A DNA stretch of 20,000 nt, taken from Angustibacter luteus. GTDB taxonomy: Bacteria; Actinomycetota; Actinomycetes; Actinomycetales; Angustibacteraceae. The stretch spans positions 606,584 to 626,583 of the forward strand of contig NZ_BAABFP010000007.1 in NCBI RefSeq assembly GCF_039541115.1. Direction: 5' to 3'. Every line of letters starts with the position of its first letter. The stretch's first letter is position 1. Both the position numbers and the translations under genes were made by a program. Below, in pieces: positions 17,573 through 20,000 of the stretch. The notes beneath the pieces were generated by a model that ran no database searches, had not been told where the DNA came from, and saw nothing but the letters and a program-made list of their open reading frames with translations.

Positions 17573-18166
17573 GTGGCCAGGCAGAACCCGGCAGGTGAGG
17601 CGTTGGCCGACTCGGTTCGGCAGACGCTCGAGCCGGTCGTCCAGGGCCTCGGGCTGGCACTCGAGGAGGTCTCGGTCTCGTCCGCCGGTTCCCGGCGGGT
17701 GCTGCGGGTGGTGCTCGACAGCCCGGACCCCACGGACGGGCGGCCGGCGCAGTCGCCGACGTTGGACTCCGTGGCCGAGGCCTCGCGCGGGATCTCGGCG
17801 GTGCTGGACTCCGGTGACGTCATGGGGCAGGCGCCGTACGTGCTCGAGGTGTCCACGCCCGGGGTCGACCGTCCGCTGACCCTCCCGCGGCACTTCGCCC
17901 GAAACCTCCAGCGGCTCGTGGAGGTGACCCTCACCGACGGGTCCAGCGTCTCCGGTCGGGTGAGCGAGGTCGGCGAGAGCCTGGCGCTCGAGGTGGCCGG
18001 CGCCAAGAAGGGCAGCCCGACCAAGTCGCGGACGCTCGCCTGGGAGGAGGTCGCCCGGGGCCAGGTGCAGGTGGAGTTCCGCCGGCTGGACGACGCGGCC
18101 GAGGACGCGGTTGATGACGGCGCTGACGGCGCTGATGATGCGGTTGACGACGAGGACGGCGAGTGA
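17573..18166 (+). CDS. rimP: Ribosome maturation factor RimP
   Basis: [14 protein letters not shown] motif. GGGAGG RBS at 17562-17567 before GTG 17573. Directly upstream of nusA. Confidence 0.93.
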   Translation: MARQNPAGEALADSVRQTLEPVVQGLGLALEEVSVSSAGSRRVLRVVLDSPDPTDGRPAQSPTLDSVAEASRGISAVLDSGDVMGQAPYVLEVSTPGVDRPLTLPRHFARNLQRLVEVTLTDGSSVSGRVSEVGESLALEVAGAKKGSPTKSRTLAWEEVARGQVQVEFRRLDDAAEDAVDDGADGADDAVDDEDGE

Positions 18167-19188
18167 TGGACATCGACCTGGCCGCGCTGCGGCTCATCGA
18201 GCGTGAGAAGGACATCCCGGCGGGCGTGCTGATCAGCGCGATCGAGCAGGCGATGCTCGTGGCCTACCACCGCACCGAGGGGGCGCAGCCGAACGCCCGT
18301 GTCGAGCTGGACCGATCCTCGGGGCACGTCGTGGTGTGGGCCCGCGAGCAGCTCGAGAACGGCGAGGACCGCGAGTACGACGACACCCCCGAGGGCTTCG
18401 GCCGGATCGCCGCCTCGACGGCCCGGCAGGTCATCCTGCAGCGGCTGCGCGATGTCGAGGACGAGCACGTGCTGGGCGAGTTCCGCGGCCGCGAGGGTGA
18501 CGTGGTCGGCGGCGTCATCCAGCAGGGCTCGGACCCACGGACCGTGCTGGTCGACCTCGGCACGGTCGAGGGCGTGCTGCCGCAGACCGAGCAGGTGCCG
18601 GGCGAGGAGTACGTGCACGGTGAGCGCCTGCGCTGCTTCGTGGTCGCCGTCCGCAAGGGCGCCAAGGGACCGCAGATCCAGCTCTCCCGGACCCACCCGA
18701 ACCTCGTGCGCAAGCTGTTCGCGCTCGAGGTCCCGGAGATCGCGGACGGCAGCGTCGAGATCATGGCACTGGCCCGCGAGGCCGGGCACCGGACCAAGAT
18801 CGCGGTGCGCACGTCCATCGCCGGGCTGAACGCGAAGGGTGCCTGCATCGGCCCGATGGGTCAGCGCGTGCGGGCCGTCATGTCCGAGCTGCACGGCGAG
18901 AAGATCGACATCGTCGACTGGGACGACGAGCCGGCGGCGTTCGTGGCGCACGCCCTGTCGCCGGCGCGGGTGAACGAGGTGATCGTGGTCGACCAGGTGG
19001 CGCGCTCCGCCCGGGTGATCGTGCCGGACTACCAGCTGTCGTTGGCGATCGGCAAGGAGGGCCAGAACGCGCGCCTGGCCGCCAAGCTCACCGGGTGGCG
19101 GATCGATATCCGTCCTGATACCCAGGACGACGCTCCGGCGGGCCCGGCGGTAGAGCCGGAACGGGCCGCCGAGCCGGCCGGCGAGTGA
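18166..19188 (+). CDS. nusA: Transcription termination/antitermination factor NusA
   Basis: [14 protein letters not shown]1 domain, [20 protein letters not shown] and [18 protein letters not shown] overlap with rimP (GTG 18163 is an alternative start). Confidence 0.97.
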   Translation: MDIDLAALRLIEREKDIPAGVLISAIEQAMLVAYHRTEGAQPNARVELDRSSGHVVVWAREQLENGEDREYDDTPEGFGRIAASTARQVILQRLRDVEDEHVLGEFRGREGDVVGGVIQQGSDPRTVLVDLGTVEGVLPQTEQVPGEEYVHGERLRCFVVAVRKGAKGPQIQLSRTHPNLVRKLFALEVPEIADGSVEIMALAREAGHRTKIAVRTSIAGLNAKGACIGPMGQRVRAVMSELHGEKIDIVDWDDEPAAFVAHALSPARVNEVIVVDQVARSARVIVPDYQLSLAIGKEGQNARLAAKLTGWRIDIRPDTQDDAPAGPAVEPERAAEPAGE

Positions 19189-19535
19189 CCTCGAGGAACG
19201 GCCCCGCGCCCGGACGCGGTAGAGTGTCCGGGACCGAGCGCGCAGCGGAGGCGCTCACGCACGTGCCTGTCCGGCGCTGCGTGGGTTGCCGACAGCCGGG
19301 TGAGCGGTCTGTCCTCCTGCGGTTCGCCGTGGCCGAGGTCGACGGCCAGCAGACCGTCGTCCACGACCCCGCCCGGACCCTGCCGGGGCGCGGCGCCTGG
19401 CTGCACCCGGACGAGGACTGCTGGCAGCTGGCCCTTCGCCGTTCGGCGTTCGGTCGGGCGCTGCGGTCCCCGGCGAGGCTCGACCAGGTGGGAATCAGCG
19501 AGGTCATCGCCGCGCTGAGCCCTGAGCACGACTGA
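19185..19535 (+). CDS. ylxR: YlxR/DUF448 family RNA-binding protein
   Basis: [13 protein letters not shown] and PGRGAWLH motifs, located between nusA and infB. True start may be downstream (TAGAGT -10-like element at 19220-19225). Confidence 0.85.
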   Translation: MTSRNGPAPGRGRVSGTERAAEALTHVPVRRCVGCRQPGERSVLLRFAVAEVDGQQTVVHDPARTLPGRGAWLHPDEDCWQLALRRSAFGRALRSPARLDQVGISEVIAALSPEHD

Positions 19536-19637
19536 ACGAGCAGTCAGAGTCACCCCGATCCCGAACCTGGGAGCGGGCACCACACGTCACCGTCACCGTC
19601 GGCGGGACGCGAGCAACCGGAAGCGGGTCAGACGCTG

Positions 19638-19683
19638 ATGAGCACCCGATGAGCACCCAGCGATGAACACCCCCCAGCACTAA
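19638..19683 (+). promoter_or_regulatory. infB leader: three chained mini-ORFs built from an ATGA(G/A)CACCC repeat
   Basis: MSTR* (19638-19652), MSTQR* (19649-19666) and MNTPQH* (19663-19683), each joined by an ATGA overlap. Confidence 0.6.
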
Positions 19684-19730
19684 CGACGGTCCGCGCCTGT
19701 CCTGGCCCGGACCAGAAGACAGGGAGAGAC

Positions 19731-20000
19731 GTGGCAAAGGTCCGGGTCTACGAGCTCGCGAAAGAGCTCGGAGTCGAGAGCAAGGTCATCATGACCAAGC
19801 TCAACGAGATGGGCGAGTTCGTCCGGTCGGCATCGTCGACCGTCGAGCCGCCCGTGGTGCGCCGCCTGCGTGAGCAGATGCCGGCCGCCGAAGAGGCCGC
19901 GCCGGCGAAGAAGGCCGCCGCCAAGAAGGCGGCCCCCAAGGCCGCCACCCCCGCCGCGCCCGAGGCGGCGTCCGCGCCGGCCGAGGCTCCGGCCGCAGCC
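19731..20000 (+). CDS. infB: Translation initiation factor IF-2, N-terminus (3'-truncated by the window edge)
   Basis: [57 protein letters not shown] before GTG 19731. Confidence 0.95.
   Translation, partial: MAKVRVYELAKELGVESKVIMTKLNEMGEFVRSASSTVEPPVVRRLREQMPAAEEAAPAKKAAAKKAAPKAATPAAPEAASAPAEAPAAA

Noticed and set aside
19880..20000. AAGAAGGC(C/G)GCC repeats
   Set aside because: Ordinary Ala/Lys/Pro low-complexity linker of actinobacterial IF2.
1..20000. CRISPR array, tRNA/rRNA, transposase or integrase
   Set aside because: No regularly spaced repeats, RNA-gene signatures or recombinase motifs seen. Nearly all of the sequence is accounted for by protein-coding genes.

Overview
High-GC actinobacterial chromosome segment (taxon inferred from codon bias and gene order). 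It is mostly core genes: a 5'-truncated saccharopine/carboxyspermidine-dehydrogenase-like gene, divergent gabT/gabD, then dxr-rseP(rip1)-ispG-GNAT, proS, TauE/TSUP, DUF4439 plus a Tat lipoprotein, and rimP-nusA-ylxR-infB (partial). Two accessory cassettes are inserted. The most interesting (3760-6910) looks like a peptide-signalling module wired to c-di-GMP. BldM-box-like palindromes precede an unannotated 34-aa signal-peptide-like ORF ending LGAGSKWW and an overlapping 20-aa ORF ending PGYKWV. These are followed by a membrane-sensor GGDEF-EAL protein and a DUF5317-like membrane protein with signal-peptidase-II-like motifs. The second cassette (11600-13771) is an 88-bp palindrome followed by an RHH-VOC-MFS operon. 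The infB leader holds three chained ATGA-coupled mini-ORFs (MSTR, MSTQR, MNTPQH). All family calls come from motif recognition by eye; no searches were run.
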